A stretch of DNA of 64,000 nucleotides from Verrucomicrobiia bacterium (GTDB taxonomy: Bacteria > Verrucomicrobiota > Verrucomicrobiia > Limisphaerales > UBA1319): NCBI GenBank assembly GCA_963664225.1, contig OY760937.1, positions 4,768,001 to 4,832,000 on the forward strand, read 5' to 3'. Position numbers and translations under genes: made by a program. Below the pieces are notes generated by a model, which was not told where the DNA came from, made no database searches, and saw only the letters and a program-made list of their open reading frames with translations. Of this stretch, positions 37,760-47,882 are shown one piece after another. How positions within the stretch are numbered: the stretch's first letter is position 1; every line of letters starts with the position of its first letter.

Positions 37760-39394
37760 ATGGAATCTCAACAACCACTGAAATTTAAGATAGCGAACGA
37801 AGATTGGGAATTCGAGTTGGTGCATCGGCTCAATTACAAGACTTTCGTGGAGGAAATTCCACAACACAAACCGCATCCCAACCAGCGACTTGTTGATAAG
37901 TTCCATTCGGAGAACACTTACATCATCGCGATGGACGGGAATACGCTGGCCGGAATGATCGCTTTCCGTTCGAACCGGCCATTTTCCCTGGACCACAAAA
38001 TTGCGAATCTCGATTCTTACCTGCCGCCGGGCCGCACGGTATGCGAAGTCCGGTTGCTGGCAGTCGAGCGGGCCTATCGCACGGGTTGGGCGTTTCGCGG
38101 GTTAGCGGAGTTTCTGGCCCAATACGGATTGGCGCAGGGCTATGACCTGGCGGTGATTTCGGGAACCACGCGTCAGCTCAAGCTCTATCAGCACCTCGGT
38201 TTTAAACCGTTTGGCCCCACTGTGGGTGAGGTCGGAGCCCAGTTTCAGCCGATGTATCTGACGCTGGAGGCGTTTCTGGAACAAGCCAGCGCCGTGCTTC
38301 AGAACAACGATGGTTCCCAGGTCAGAACCGTCAGTTTCCTGCCGGGTCCGGTGTCCATTGCAATGCCAGTCCAAAATGCTTTGGGGCAGTCGGCCATTTC
38401 CCATCGGTCGGACCACTTTCTACTTAATTTCCAAATCACCCAGCAATTGCTTCGGAAAATGACCGGGGCGCGCGAAGTGGAAATATTGCTGGGTTCCGGT
38501 ACGCTGGCCAACGATGTCGTGGCGGGCCAATGGAAGCTGGAGACCAAACCGGGTTTGATCCTGAGCAACGGCGAGTTTGGCGAACGGCTGATGAACCATG
38601 CACAACGCATGGGGCTGTCCTTTGAAGCGCATCAAAAGGCCTGGGGCGAATCGTATGATTTGAAGGCGGTCCGCAAACAATTGGAAGGGAACCGGAATCT
38701 CGGGTGGTTGTGGGCGGTGCATTGTGAAACGTCCACAGGCATTCTTAACGACATTGCCGGATTGAAAAAGTTGTGCGCCGAGTTCGGCCTGAAATTGGGC
38801 TTGGATTGCATCAGCACATTGGGCGTTCTGCCGGTCAACCTTGAGGGAGTGTATCTGGCCTCGGGTGTCAGCGGCAAGGGGCTGGCTTCATTTCCCGGCC
38901 TGTCGATGGTTTTTCATAATTACAAGGCCGTGCCCGCGCCTGACCGGCTGCCACGTTACCTGGACCTTGGCTATTGCGCCGCGTGCGAAGGAATTCCCTT
39001 CACTCATTCCTCGAATTTGCTCGGGGCTTTGCTGGCGGCCCTGCGCCGGAACAATTCGAGGCGTTATGCGGAATTGGTGGAGACGGCGGACTGGCTGCGC
39101 ACGCAATTGTTGGAAGCGGGATTTCATCTTGTGGCGCCTGCTTCAGAGGCTTCGCCCGCGGTATTCACTATCGCGCTTCCACGCAATATCCATTCGCGGA
39201 TCGCCGCCAAACGGATGCAAAAGGCGGGCTATCTGCTCAGTTACGGCAGTGAGTATTTGCTGCGCCGCAACTGGATTCAGATTTGCCTTATGGGCGAATA
39301 TTCCCGCGATGACCTGATGGGCCTGCTGGCGGCATTGCGGTCCTTGCATCGCAACCACGAGCCGAAATCGGCGAGCCTTGCGGCAACGGCTTGA
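37760..39394 (+). CDS. Fusion of a GNAT-fold N-acyltransferase and a class V PLP aminotransferase
   Basis: N-terminal HRLNYKTFVEE...CEVRLLAVERAYR...LYQHLGF (GNAT/N-acyl synthase). C-terminal FLPGPV, ISHRS, GSGT, NGEFGERL, VHCETSTG, LDCIS and SGKGL (PLP Lys). Confidence 0.85.
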   Translation: MESQQPLKFKIANEDWEFELVHRLNYKTFVEEIPQHKPHPNQRLVDKFHSENTYIIAMDGNTLAGMIAFRSNRPFSLDHKIANLDSYLPPGRTVCEVRLLAVERAYRTGWAFRGLAEFLAQYGLAQGYDLAVISGTTRQLKLYQHLGFKPFGPTVGEVGAQFQPMYLTLEAFLEQASAVLQNNDGSQVRTVSFLPGPVSIAMPVQNALGQSAISHRSDHFLLNFQITQQLLRKMTGAREVEILLGSGTLANDVVAGQWKLETKPGLILSNGEFGERLMNHAQRMGLSFEAHQKAWGESYDLKAVRKQLEGNRNLGWLWAVHCETSTGILNDIAGLKKLCAEFGLKLGLDCISTLGVLPVNLEGVYLASGVSGKGLASFPGLSMVFHNYKAVPAPDRLPRYLDLGYCAACEGIPFTHSSNLLGALLAALRRNNSRRYAELVETADWLRTQLLEAGFHLVAPASEASPAVFTIALPRNIHSRIAAKRMQKAGYLLSYGSEYLLRRNWIQICLMGEYSRDDLMGLLAALRSLHRNHEPKSASLAATA

Positions 39395-39407
39395 ACGAGG
39401 CGGGGGC

Positions 39408-40205
39408 CTACTCCGCGTCCTCCGACTTGTTTAAAGCGCCGGGATCGTTGCACACCCCATGTTTGGCGGCTCCGATAAAATCGAGCATCACTCGACTCGC
39501 GGGGCTGGTGAATTCGCGTCGCGCATTTTCTAGGATATCCTTGAAACGTCCCGGTGTGCGGAACAGTTTGTGATACATCCGCCTGAGTTCCAGCCGTTGT
39601 TGAGAGTCGAAACCGGCCCTGCGCAATCCAACGGTGTTCAGTCCGCAGATGTGATTGATGCCGCGGCTGATGGTGTAAGGGGGCAGATCCTTGCTGATGG
39701 CGGTTCCCCCCTGCATCAGTGCCAGCGTGCCCACCCGCGAAAATTGGTGCAAAAGGCAGTTGCCGGAAATGAAGGCACGATCATCCACATGCACATGCCC
39801 GCCAAACAGGGTGCCATTGGCAATGATGACATGGTTGCCCACCGCAGAGTTGTGGCCGATGTGGCAGTTGGCCATGAACAGATTATGGGAGCCAATGACG
39901 GTGTCTTCGGCCAGTTTATTGGAGCGATGCACGGTGACGTGTTCCCGGAAGACGTTTTGGTCGCCAATGCGCAATCGCGTCGGTTCATCCGCATATTTCA
40001 AATCCTGCGGCGCATCCCCGATGACACAGCCTGCATGAAAAACATTGCGGGCGCCGATCTGGGTGTGGCCGGTCAAGTATACGTGAGGACCGATTTTGCA
40101 TTGGGGACCGACACTCACATGGGCGTCAATGACCGCATAAGGGCCAATATCAGCGGTGGGATCGATCTGGGCTTTGGGATCGATGACAGCAGTGGGATGG
40201 ATCAT
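39408..40205 (-). CDS. lpxA: UDP-N-acetylglucosamine O-acyltransferase
   Basis: MIHPTAVIDPKA, hexapeptide repeats, PQDLKY, HIGHN, HQF and GLNTVGLRRAGF. Confidence 0.95.
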   Translation of the reverse strand: MIHPTAVIDPKAQIDPTADIGPYAVIDAHVSVGPQCKIGPHVYLTGHTQIGARNVFHAGCVIGDAPQDLKYADEPTRLRIGDQNVFREHVTVHRSNKLAEDTVIGSHNLFMANCHIGHNSAVGNHVIIANGTLFGGHVHVDDRAFISGNCLLHQFSRVGTLALMQGGTAISKDLPPYTISRGINHICGLNTVGLRRAGFDSQQRLELRRMYHKLFRTPGRFKDILENARREFTSPASRVMLDFIGAAKHGVCNDPGALNKSEDAE

Positions 40206-40235
40206 ATTTAATAAAGAAAATCGTTGGGAAAAATT

Positions 40236-40946
40236 CTACGAATAAAAATAGCCCAGCTCGCGCAATGACACGTAATCCTTGGGGCGTTCCTGTGTCTTCC
40301 GGCCCAGGATCACATGGTCGAGGACTTCGATTTTGAGGAGTTGGCCGGCGCGAATCAGATCGCGTGTGGCCTTGATATCCGCCTCGGAGGGCGTGGGATC
40401 GCCGCTGGGATGATTATGGGCCAGAATGACCGCGGAGCTGTTGGCCAGGATGGCTGCGCGAAAGACTTCACGGGGATGAATGAGGATGGTGTCGAGCGTT
40501 CCTTGATTGACACGTTCAATGCCTATGAGCCGCCTGCGCGTATTGAGCATCAGGACATGAAAGAATTCCACATCGCATAGGCGGACCTGCTCACGCAAGA
40601 CGTCCGCCACGCGTTCCGGTGTGTCCAGCAGGGGTTCTTCATTGTGAATCTCCCGGGCCATGCGTGCGGCGAGCGTGAAAGCGCTTTTCAGGGTGATGGC
40701 TTTGCTGCGGCCCACGCCTTTGATGGTGCACAGATCCTTCAATGGGGCACGCGCCAGTGCATCAAGTGTTTGGAATTTGGCGGTAAGCTGGGCGGCGATT
40801 TGGATTGCCGATACGCCACGCGTTCCGGTGCGCAGCAAAATGGCGATGAGTTCCGCGTTGGTTAAATGCTCCGCACCCATGGCCACCATCCGTTCCCTGG
40901 GGCGGTCATTTTCGGGCATATCCATGATGCGTAAACCATCGGCCAT
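40236..40946 (-). CDS. radC: RadC/JAB-domain protein (full length)
   Basis: RPRER, ELIAILLRTG, HhH motif, HPREVF, HNHPSGDPTPSEAD and LDHVI. Confidence 0.95.
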   Translation of the reverse strand: MADGLRIMDMPENDRPRERMVAMGAEHLTNAELIAILLRTGTRGVSAIQIAAQLTAKFQTLDALARAPLKDLCTIKGVGRSKAITLKSAFTLAARMAREIHNEEPLLDTPERVADVLREQVRLCDVEFFHVLMLNTRRRLIGIERVNQGTLDTILIHPREVFRAAILANSSAVILAHNHPSGDPTPSEADIKATRDLIRAGQLLKIEVLDHVILGRKTQERPKDYVSLRELGYFYS

Positions 40947-41081
40947 GTCCGGGCATCATTGCCTGACGGCGCTCTTTTTCAATCCCAAACCGCGCACAAT
41001 TCCCTTGAAACATCTCCATCGGGTGGCAAATTGGGCCTATGTCAGCAAACCAGTTCAAATCCAAATGGAGTTTCCCTTCTT

Positions 41082-42446
41082 ATGAATAATACTCAAACCC
41101 GCATCTCTCGCCGTCGGTTTTTGCGCGCATCCGCCGCATCGGCCGCCATCGCCCCATTTTTCATGGGGACGTTTGCAAGGGGCGTTTCGCCCAATGAAAA
41201 AATGAATCATGCCTGCATTGGAGTGGGTGGCATGGGGTGGGGTGATCTGAATAATTTTCTCCAGCACCCGCGTGTTCAAATTACCGCGTTATGCGATGTG
41301 GATGCGAACAATCTGCAAAATGCGGCCAAGGCGGTTCCCGGCGCGCGGCTATATCGTGACTGGCGCGAATTGCTCGAGAAAGAGGGGGATCGCATTGATT
41401 CCGTCAATGCGGCTGTGCCCGATCATTCGCACTTTCCGATCATCTACAGCGCGATTCAAAAAGGCAAACACGTCTATTGCCAGAAACCAATGTGCCATGA
41501 TGTGGCCGAGGTGCGCGCCTTGACAGAAGCGGCCGTACGCAAAAAGGTGATCAGCCAGCTTGGCACCCAGGTTGCTTCGAGCGTTGGAGACCGGACAGCG
41601 GTGGAATTTCTCAGATCCGGTGTGATCGGCAAAGTCCAGAAGGCCTTTCTTTGCTCGAATCGTCCGGGCGCCGTGGAAACCTACCGGTTAAAAGGTCCAC
41701 GTCCAGCCCAGGGGCAGGAGCCGCCGGATTATTTGAAGTGGGATCTCTGGCTCGGCACCGCGCCTGTGCGTCCGTATGTGCCGGACATTTATCATCAGAC
41801 CAAATGGCGTGCATGGCAGGATTTCGGCACCGGTTGGTCTGGCGACATCGGTTGCCATATTTTTGACGCGGTCTGGAAGGGGCTGAAAATGGCTCCCCCG
41901 ACCTCGGTCATCGCCGAGGTGCAGCAATCCTGGAAGAACTCGCCTGAGCGCCGTGGGGATACCTGGCCTCAGGGCGATCATATCACTTGGGTCTTTCCTG
42001 GCAACGAGTTCACCGATTCGAAGGAGTGGACTTTGGAGTGGTTTGACGGGGAATTTTATCCACCCAAGGAAATTCGGGCCTTGTATTCGGTGGAGGATTA
42101 TCCTGCGGAATCGGCCATGGTGGTGGGAACAGAAGGGGCCATGCTTAATCCGCACGGCGGCACGCCTGTGTTATTACCTGAAGCCAAGTTCAAGGATGTC
42201 AAACGGCCCAAGTTGGAGAACCGAAACCATTACCACCACTTCATCGATGCCTGCCTGGGCGGGCCGATGTGCGAATCCCACTTTGCGCAGTCGGGTCCTA
42301 TGACCGAGGCCATCATTTTGGGCACGGTGGCCATTCGCAATCCGGATCAAAAATTGGAGTGGGATGCGAAAAATCTGAAAATTGCGAACTTCCCCGAAGC
42401 GGAAAAATTCCTACGCCGCACTTACCGCGACGGTTGGAAGGTGTAA
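41082..42446 (+). CDS. Gfo/Idh/MocA oxidoreductase with Tat signal
   Basis: SRRRFL, IGVGGMG, VPDHSH, HVYCQKP, WDLWLG and GDIGCH. Confidence 0.9.
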   Translation: MNNTQTRISRRRFLRASAASAAIAPFFMGTFARGVSPNEKMNHACIGVGGMGWGDLNNFLQHPRVQITALCDVDANNLQNAAKAVPGARLYRDWRELLEKEGDRIDSVNAAVPDHSHFPIIYSAIQKGKHVYCQKPMCHDVAEVRALTEAAVRKKVISQLGTQVASSVGDRTAVEFLRSGVIGKVQKAFLCSNRPGAVETYRLKGPRPAQGQEPPDYLKWDLWLGTAPVRPYVPDIYHQTKWRAWQDFGTGWSGDIGCHIFDAVWKGLKMAPPTSVIAEVQQSWKNSPERRGDTWPQGDHITWVFPGNEFTDSKEWTLEWFDGEFYPPKEIRALYSVEDYPAESAMVVGTEGAMLNPHGGTPVLLPEAKFKDVKRPKLENRNHYHHFIDACLGGPMCESHFAQSGPMTEAIILGTVAIRNPDQKLEWDAKNLKIANFPEAEKFLRRTYRDGWKV

Positions 42447-42495
42447 TTACACTCTTAAGGAATAGCCGACCAGTTCAAATTCAGAACTGCGTCGG

Positions 42496-44037
42496 CTATT
42501 TTTGGGCTGTTTCGACGGGCTTAACGGGTTCGATTGGCTTTGGACCGCGCGCCTGGAGAAAACGGTGGATTCCTGCCGCAGCCTTGCGCCCATCGCGCAC
42601 CGCATGCACCACGAGGTTGGGACCGGTCACCTGCGCGCCACCAGAGAAGACGCCCGGCAGACTGGTCATCTGATTTTCGTCCACGACGACTCCCCCCAAG
42701 CCATTGAGTTGTATTCGGCTCCATTCGGGTGTGGCGGGAAAAGGGGTCGCTTCAAATCCAAAAGCGGCGAGTACGATATCCGCAGGCACGAGAAATTCAG
42801 AGCGCGGCATCTGAATGGGCGGTGCGATTCGGCCCAGTTCGCCTATCTCCCATGGGGCGGTGCGCACGCATCGAACATTGGTGACCTGCCCGGAGGCATT
42901 GCCCTGCATTTCGACAGGGGCCGCCAGAAAAATGAATTTCACCCCTTCCTCGCAGGCATTTTTGTATTCGCGTTTGCCGGCGGGCATTTGCGAGGCCTCC
43001 CTCCGATACACGCAGACGACGTCACGCGCGCCCGCGCGAATCGCTGTGCGCACACAATCCATTGCGGTATCGCCACCGCCCAGGACAACCACGCGTTTTC
43101 CGGTTACAGCCATGGGAGTCTGGCCTGTGGCCACACCCATTTTTTTGCCCATCAAAAAGGGCAGGGCCAGACCGACGCCTTGCAGGTCCGCGCCGGGCAA
43201 ATCCAGAGGGCGGGAATTTTGGGATCCCATGCTCAGGAAAACCGCGTCGTAATTCTGGATGAGCGATTTGAGGCCCACTTCTTTTTCCACAGTCACGCCT
43301 GTTAAAAATCGGACGCCACGTTGCTGCAAAAGACCCAAACGCCGTTCGACCACTGTGTTTTCCAATTTAAACTCGGGTATTCCGTGCGTGAGCAGGCCTC
43401 CCGGATGATTTGACGCCTCAAAGACCGTGACCAAATATCCCCGAGCCGCCAATTCGTCGGCGCAGGACAGGCCCGCCGGACCCGAGCCGACAACCGCCAC
43501 CGTCATTCCATTTGGGGTTGGATGCGGAATCTCGATGCCACCATGGGCAAAGGCATATTCGTTGATGAATTTCTCAATTGCGCCGATGGGAATGACATCG
43601 GCCTTATCCGTTAACGCACACATGCTTTCGCAAAGGCGCTCCTGGGAGCAGACTCGTGCGCAAATCTCCGGCATATTGCTCGTGGTCCGCGAAATGGCGG
43701 CGGCTTCGAGAAATTTTCCCTCGGCGGCCAGCCCCAGCCACTCGGGAATGCGGTTGCCCAAGGGACAGCCCTGCATGCAAAATGGCAGTCCGCACTGAAT
43801 ACAGCGACTGGCCTGAATTTTTACGATCTCTTCGTCGTAGAGGGAATAAATCTCGCGGAAATCGGCCATTCGTTCGAGGGCGGAGCGCTTGGGCGGGTCC
43901 TGCCGGGGTAGGTCATACCATACGTATTTGGGACTTTCGGCGAAGTTGCTGGCAGGCTTCATGAGGTTGGTGTGGGGACCGGTGCCGTGTGAAGCGGGCT
44001 TATTTGTGTCCTTGGGAGTGCCGTCGGCTGTTTTCAT
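42496..44037 (-). CDS. GltD/SudA-like NAD(P)H-dependent Fe-S flavoprotein (start uncertain)
   Basis: RCIQCGLPFCMQGCP, CARVCSQERLCESMC, GSGPAGL, GIPEFKL, GGGDTAMDC and YRR. Confidence 0.88.
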   Translation of the reverse strand: MKTADGTPKDTNKPASHGTGPHTNLMKPASNFAESPKYVWYDLPRQDPPKRSALERMADFREIYSLYDEEIVKIQASRCIQCGLPFCMQGCPLGNRIPEWLGLAAEGKFLEAAAISRTTSNMPEICARVCSQERLCESMCALTDKADVIPIGAIEKFINEYAFAHGGIEIPHPTPNGMTVAVVGSGPAGLSCADELAARGYLVTVFEASNHPGGLLTHGIPEFKLENTVVERRLGLLQQRGVRFLTGVTVEKEVGLKSLIQNYDAVFLSMGSQNSRPLDLPGADLQGVGLALPFLMGKKMGVATGQTPMAVTGKRVVVLGGGDTAMDCVRTAIRAGARDVVCVYRREASQMPAGKREYKNACEEGVKFIFLAAPVEMQGNASGQVTNVRCVRTAPWEIGELGRIAPPIQMPRSEFLVPADIVLAAFGFEATPFPATPEWSRIQLNGLGGVVVDENQMTSLPGVFSGGAQVTGPNLVVHAVRDGRKAAAGIHRFLQARGPKPIEPVKPVETAQK

Positions 44038-44265
44038 GGGCGCAATGGGTATCTCATCTTCATCAGGTGTCTGGCGAATGACCGGATTATAACATCCGCA
44101 GTCCGTCACGGACACCGTTCATACCGCAATCAATTTCCCGGTCCGGCTCAATATACACCCCACGCGTTGGACAGGCCCCCATGACTGCGGCTGCTTTTTT
44201 TTCAGTTTCTTTGTTTTTTAGTCTATCTCCAAACCGCCTCACGAGCAAGCGGGTTGTCGGTTGTT

Positions 44266-44757
44266 TCATTTGGTTATTGCCACAGGAGCAAGACCGAAAT
44301 CGGTTAATTCCCGCACGAGTTTTTCCGCCAAATCCTCAAGGATGGCCTGCAAGGTCGGAGTCAATTGGTCGCTCAATTCAGTGGAAGCGGGAACGACGCC
44401 AAACAAGGTGATTTCCTTGGGGCAACATCCGCGCAATTCGCTGATCATGAGCATTTCCTGCACGCCAATCTGATGCGGGGAAAGTTTTACGGGCAATCGA
44501 TGCCGCATAAAATCCTCTTTTTCGTAGCGAAAGCACTGGCCAGGAGTCCCTTGCGACTCGGCTGTCACGGTGTCGATGATATAGACGCGCTCGGCCTCCT
44601 CAATTTTGTGTGTGGCCATGATCCCCAGCGTGCCCGCGTCAAAAAGTTCGACGTTTTGCGGGAAGGTGTAGCGCGCCTCCAGATATTGGATGAAATGAAC
44701 GCCAAATCCTTCGTCGGAAAGCAGCAGATTGCCCGCGCCAAAGATCAGCACCTTCAT
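44266..44757 (-). CDS. hybD: Hydrogenase maturation endopeptidase
   Basis: GAGNLLLSDEGFGVH, DAGT and SPHQ; follows the large subunit. Confidence 0.92.
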   Translation of the reverse strand: MKVLIFGAGNLLLSDEGFGVHFIQYLEARYTFPQNVELFDAGTLGIMATHKIEEAERVYIIDTVTAESQGTPGQCFRYEKEDFMRHRLPVKLSPHQIGVQEMLMISELRGCCPKEITLFGVVPASTELSDQLTPTLQAILEDLAEKLVRELTDFGLAPVAITK

Positions 44758-44830
44758 GGGAACAAGTGCTCCAATCCGGACCGGACCGGTTGCGAGGCAA
44801 TTCGGGCATTATAAGACATCGTATCCGTTT

Positions 44831-46516
44831 TCAGCGCACCTGCACCGAAGTTAGTTCCCGTCCTTGAGGGTCGATGGAATGCACCGCGCAGGCGATGCAA
44901 GGATCGAACGAATGGACGGTACGCAGCACTTCGAGCGGCTTTTCGGCATCCGCAATCGGGGTGCCCGGCAGGGAGGCTTCATAGGGGCCGGCCACGCCTT
45001 TTTCGTCGCGCGGAGAGGCGTTCCATGTGGTGGGGACCACGGCCTGGTAATTGTCGATTTTCTTGTCCTTGATGACGATCCAGTGCGAGAGGCTGCCTCG
45101 GGGGGCTTCGTGAAAACCGACGCCTTTGAATTCGCCGGAAGGTATCTCGGTGTGGTTGGCGTAGGTTTTATCGCCACTCCCGACATTCGCGATGAGCTTG
45201 TCTAGATAATCAATGGAAAGATCGGCCATGACATTGGCCCGGATACCGCGAGCCAGAATGCGGCCCATGGTGGAGTGAAAATCCTTCAATTCGATTCCAA
45301 GGCTGGTTTTGGCCCCATCGACCAATGACTTGATCCGGGGATTTCCTGCGACGTAGTTGACGAGCACTTGTGCCGAAGGACCAACCTGGACGGGTTGGCC
45401 TTCCAGTCGCGGCGCTTTGCACCAGGTGTATTTTGCATCGGGCTTGAAATCGCTATAGCTGGGTTTGGTCTCGCCCTTCCAGGGATGCAGCGGCGCGTCG
45501 TCTTCATACCAGGCATGAGCGGAGGACTCCTGAATATTTGCGATCAAATACTCGTCCTTGTGGTCCTTAATGGGGCGAATTTTGGCCAGATCCCCCTGGG
45601 TGATGATGCCGCCGGTCAGGCCGAATTGGGTGGCCCTGGCGTCTTCGGGGAATTCAGGGACGGCCATGTAGTTGGTAACGCCCGCACCGTAACCGAACCA
45701 TTCCTTGTAGGCACCTGCGATGGCCAGGAGATCGGGATAATAAACCTGCTGAACAAAGGTGCGCGATTCTTCCATTAGCGAGCGCAAGAGCGCCAGACGC
45801 TCCATGTTAAGAGTCGCCAGGTTTTCGGTGTTGATGGCCGTGGCCACGCCGCCCACGACCAAGTTCTGAATGTGCGGATTTTTACCACCCAAAACGGCGA
45901 TTGCCTGGGCTGCCTTGCGTTGGTAATCGAACGCCTTGAGATAGTGCGCGACGGCCAGAAGATTGATTTCCGGAGGGAGCTTCATCGCGGGATGTCCCCA
46001 ATAACCTGAAGCAAAAAGACCGAGTTTGCCGCCATCGACGAAGGATTGCAGGCGGTTGCGCACGGCTTTGAATTCGGTTTCGCTGTTTCCCGACCAATCC
46101 GAGAGGCTTTGGGCAATTTGAGCGGTCTTCTTCGGATCCGCCTTCAAGGCCGAGACCAGGTCCACCCAGTCCAGCGCGGACAGGTGGTAGAAATGCACGA
46201 TGTGATCCTGCACGGAATGCTGCGCAATCATGATGTTGCGGACGAGTTGCGCATTCAGAGGGATCTCGACTTTCAGGGCGTGTTCGACCGCGCGGATTGA
46301 GCTGATGGCATGAACGGTGGTGCAAACGCCGCAAAAGCGTTGCACATAGGTCCAGGCATCCTGGGGTTCACGGCCTTTGAGGATGACCTCGATGCCGCGC
46401 CACATCTGGGCCGATGCCCAGGCCTTGGTCACCTGGCCATCTCCCACCTCGACATCCATGCGGAGGTGACCTTCGATGCGCGTGACGGGATCCAAAGTAA
46501 TCGTGCGAGTAGCCAT
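44831..46516 (-). CDS. hybC: [NiFe]-hydrogenase large subunit (Hyd-2/group 1c type)
   Basis: TRIEGH, L1 QRFCGVCTTVH, L2 SFDPCIACAVH and a cleavable C-terminal extension. Confidence 0.95.
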   Translation of the reverse strand: MATRTITLDPVTRIEGHLRMDVEVGDGQVTKAWASAQMWRGIEVILKGREPQDAWTYVQRFCGVCTTVHAISSIRAVEHALKVEIPLNAQLVRNIMIAQHSVQDHIVHFYHLSALDWVDLVSALKADPKKTAQIAQSLSDWSGNSETEFKAVRNRLQSFVDGGKLGLFASGYWGHPAMKLPPEINLLAVAHYLKAFDYQRKAAQAIAVLGGKNPHIQNLVVGGVATAINTENLATLNMERLALLRSLMEESRTFVQQVYYPDLLAIAGAYKEWFGYGAGVTNYMAVPEFPEDARATQFGLTGGIITQGDLAKIRPIKDHKDEYLIANIQESSAHAWYEDDAPLHPWKGETKPSYSDFKPDAKYTWCKAPRLEGQPVQVGPSAQVLVNYVAGNPRIKSLVDGAKTSLGIELKDFHSTMGRILARGIRANVMADLSIDYLDKLIANVGSGDKTYANHTEIPSGEFKGVGFHEAPRGSLSHWIVIKDKKIDNYQAVVPTTWNASPRDEKGVAGPYEASLPGTPIADAEKPLEVLRTVHSFDPCIACAVHSIDPQGRELTSVQVR

Positions 46517-46556
46517 TGCTTGATAGAGGGTATGATTAAATTCTCAGTGTTTGCTC

Positions 46557-47882
46557 TTATATTTCCACGCATTCCTGATTGCCGGTTGTAACGGCGGCTT
46601 TGCCGGATGGATGGCGTGCGGTCCGAGTGCCATGGCCTTCGGATATGACCTTGGGCAGCACCGGGCAAAGTTTGACCATCACCTGATAGCCCAGTAATTC
46701 CAGGGAAACTATTCCAACGGTGATCATCACTTCGGAGAGGGACGGGAAATAGGTCCAGCCCTGACCCGGATTGAATCCGATCAGATAGACGTTGAAGCGG
46801 TAAAGACCTCCGCCCAGGACAATGAACACTGCGGAGATGAACAACGCCCTTGGGGAGTGGCGTCTTTTCGTCGAGCAGAGGATGAATGACCCGTAGCACA
46901 GCAACGCGACCTGCAATAAGAAGAAGAAGGAGTAAAAGTCGAAGCGGAAGGCCGCAGCCAATTGATTGCGATTAATAAGATCACCAAAAACCACCGTCAG
47001 CCAGATTCCCGTCAACCACGGTATGATGCGCGCCAGGCCGGCCAGTTCATTGACTTCGTAGGGCCGATCGAAAGCATAGGAGGAGAGGATTGATTCCAGC
47101 AACACGACAGCGTAGCCGATGTAGATACAATTGATCAGGAATAACAGGGGCAGAAAACCGGTGTGCCATAGGGGATGGAGTTTCGTGGCGGCAATCAGCA
47201 GCAGCGATCCCAGGCTGGACTGGTGCATGGTCGGCAGAGTGACTCCCAGAACGATGATGAATATGAGCACCTTGTCGAGTTTGGGCCTGGCCCACGCGGC
47301 AAGCACGCGCACCCATTCCATCCGGTTGGACAGGACTTCCTGGCTCGGCGCCAATTTGGGATTGAGCCAGTCCATGAAGGCGCGCAACCGCCGCCACCGG
47401 GTTGATTCGAGAGAAGTCAGTATCGCCGGCAGAAACTCGATGATCAGCACGGTGCTGTAGGCCATGACGCAGAGGGCCAGTTCGAACATCACCGAATTAA
47501 ACTGCATCTTCGAGGGGATGAAAAAATTGTAGAAATTCCACGGACGCCCGATGTCCACCATGATCGAGAAACCGGCCAGCGCGTAACCGAACATGCTGGT
47601 AAGAATGCAGGATCGGATCAGCGGGTGATAATGCATGCGGTTACGGATGTAGATCAGAATCGCCACTGCATAGCCGCCGCAGGAAATGGCGGTTCCCGTG
47701 GCCATATCATACGCGATCCAGATGCCCCATGGGTAGCCGTCGCTCAAGTTGGTGACCGCGCCCAACCCCTTGAAACAACGGACGCCGATCAGAACCATTC
47801 CAATGATGGTCAGGACCACCAGCACCAGGAATGATGGTGTGACAATCCGACCCTCCTGTTTTTGATATTCGTCGTGGCCCAT
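46557..47882 (-). CDS. hybB: NrfD-family membrane subunit of hydrogenase 2
   Basis: GLGAVTNLSDGYPWGIWI, DIGRPW, SVMFE and LPTMHQSSLGSL. Confidence 0.92.
   Translation of the reverse strand: MGHDEYQKQEGRIVTPSFLVLVVLTIIGMVLIGVRCFKGLGAVTNLSDGYPWGIWIAYDMATGTAISCGGYAVAILIYIRNRMHYHPLIRSCILTSMFGYALAGFSIMVDIGRPWNFYNFFIPSKMQFNSVMFELALCVMAYSTVLIIEFLPAILTSLESTRWRRLRAFMDWLNPKLAPSQEVLSNRMEWVRVLAAWARPKLDKVLIFIIVLGVTLPTMHQSSLGSLLLIAATKLHPLWHTGFLPLLFLINCIYIGYAVVLLESILSSYAFDRPYEVNELAGLARIIPWLTGIWLTVVFGDLINRNQLAAAFRFDFYSFFFLLQVALLCYGSFILCSTKRRHSPRALFISAVFIVLGGGLYRFNVYLIGFNPGQGWTYFPSLSEVMITVGIVSLELLGYQVMVKLCPVLPKVISEGHGTRTARHPSGKAAVTTGNQECVEI

Noticed and set aside
40236..40946. radC as a marker of a mobile element
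   Set aside because: It is the full-length chromosomal form next to lpxA, with no mobility genes.
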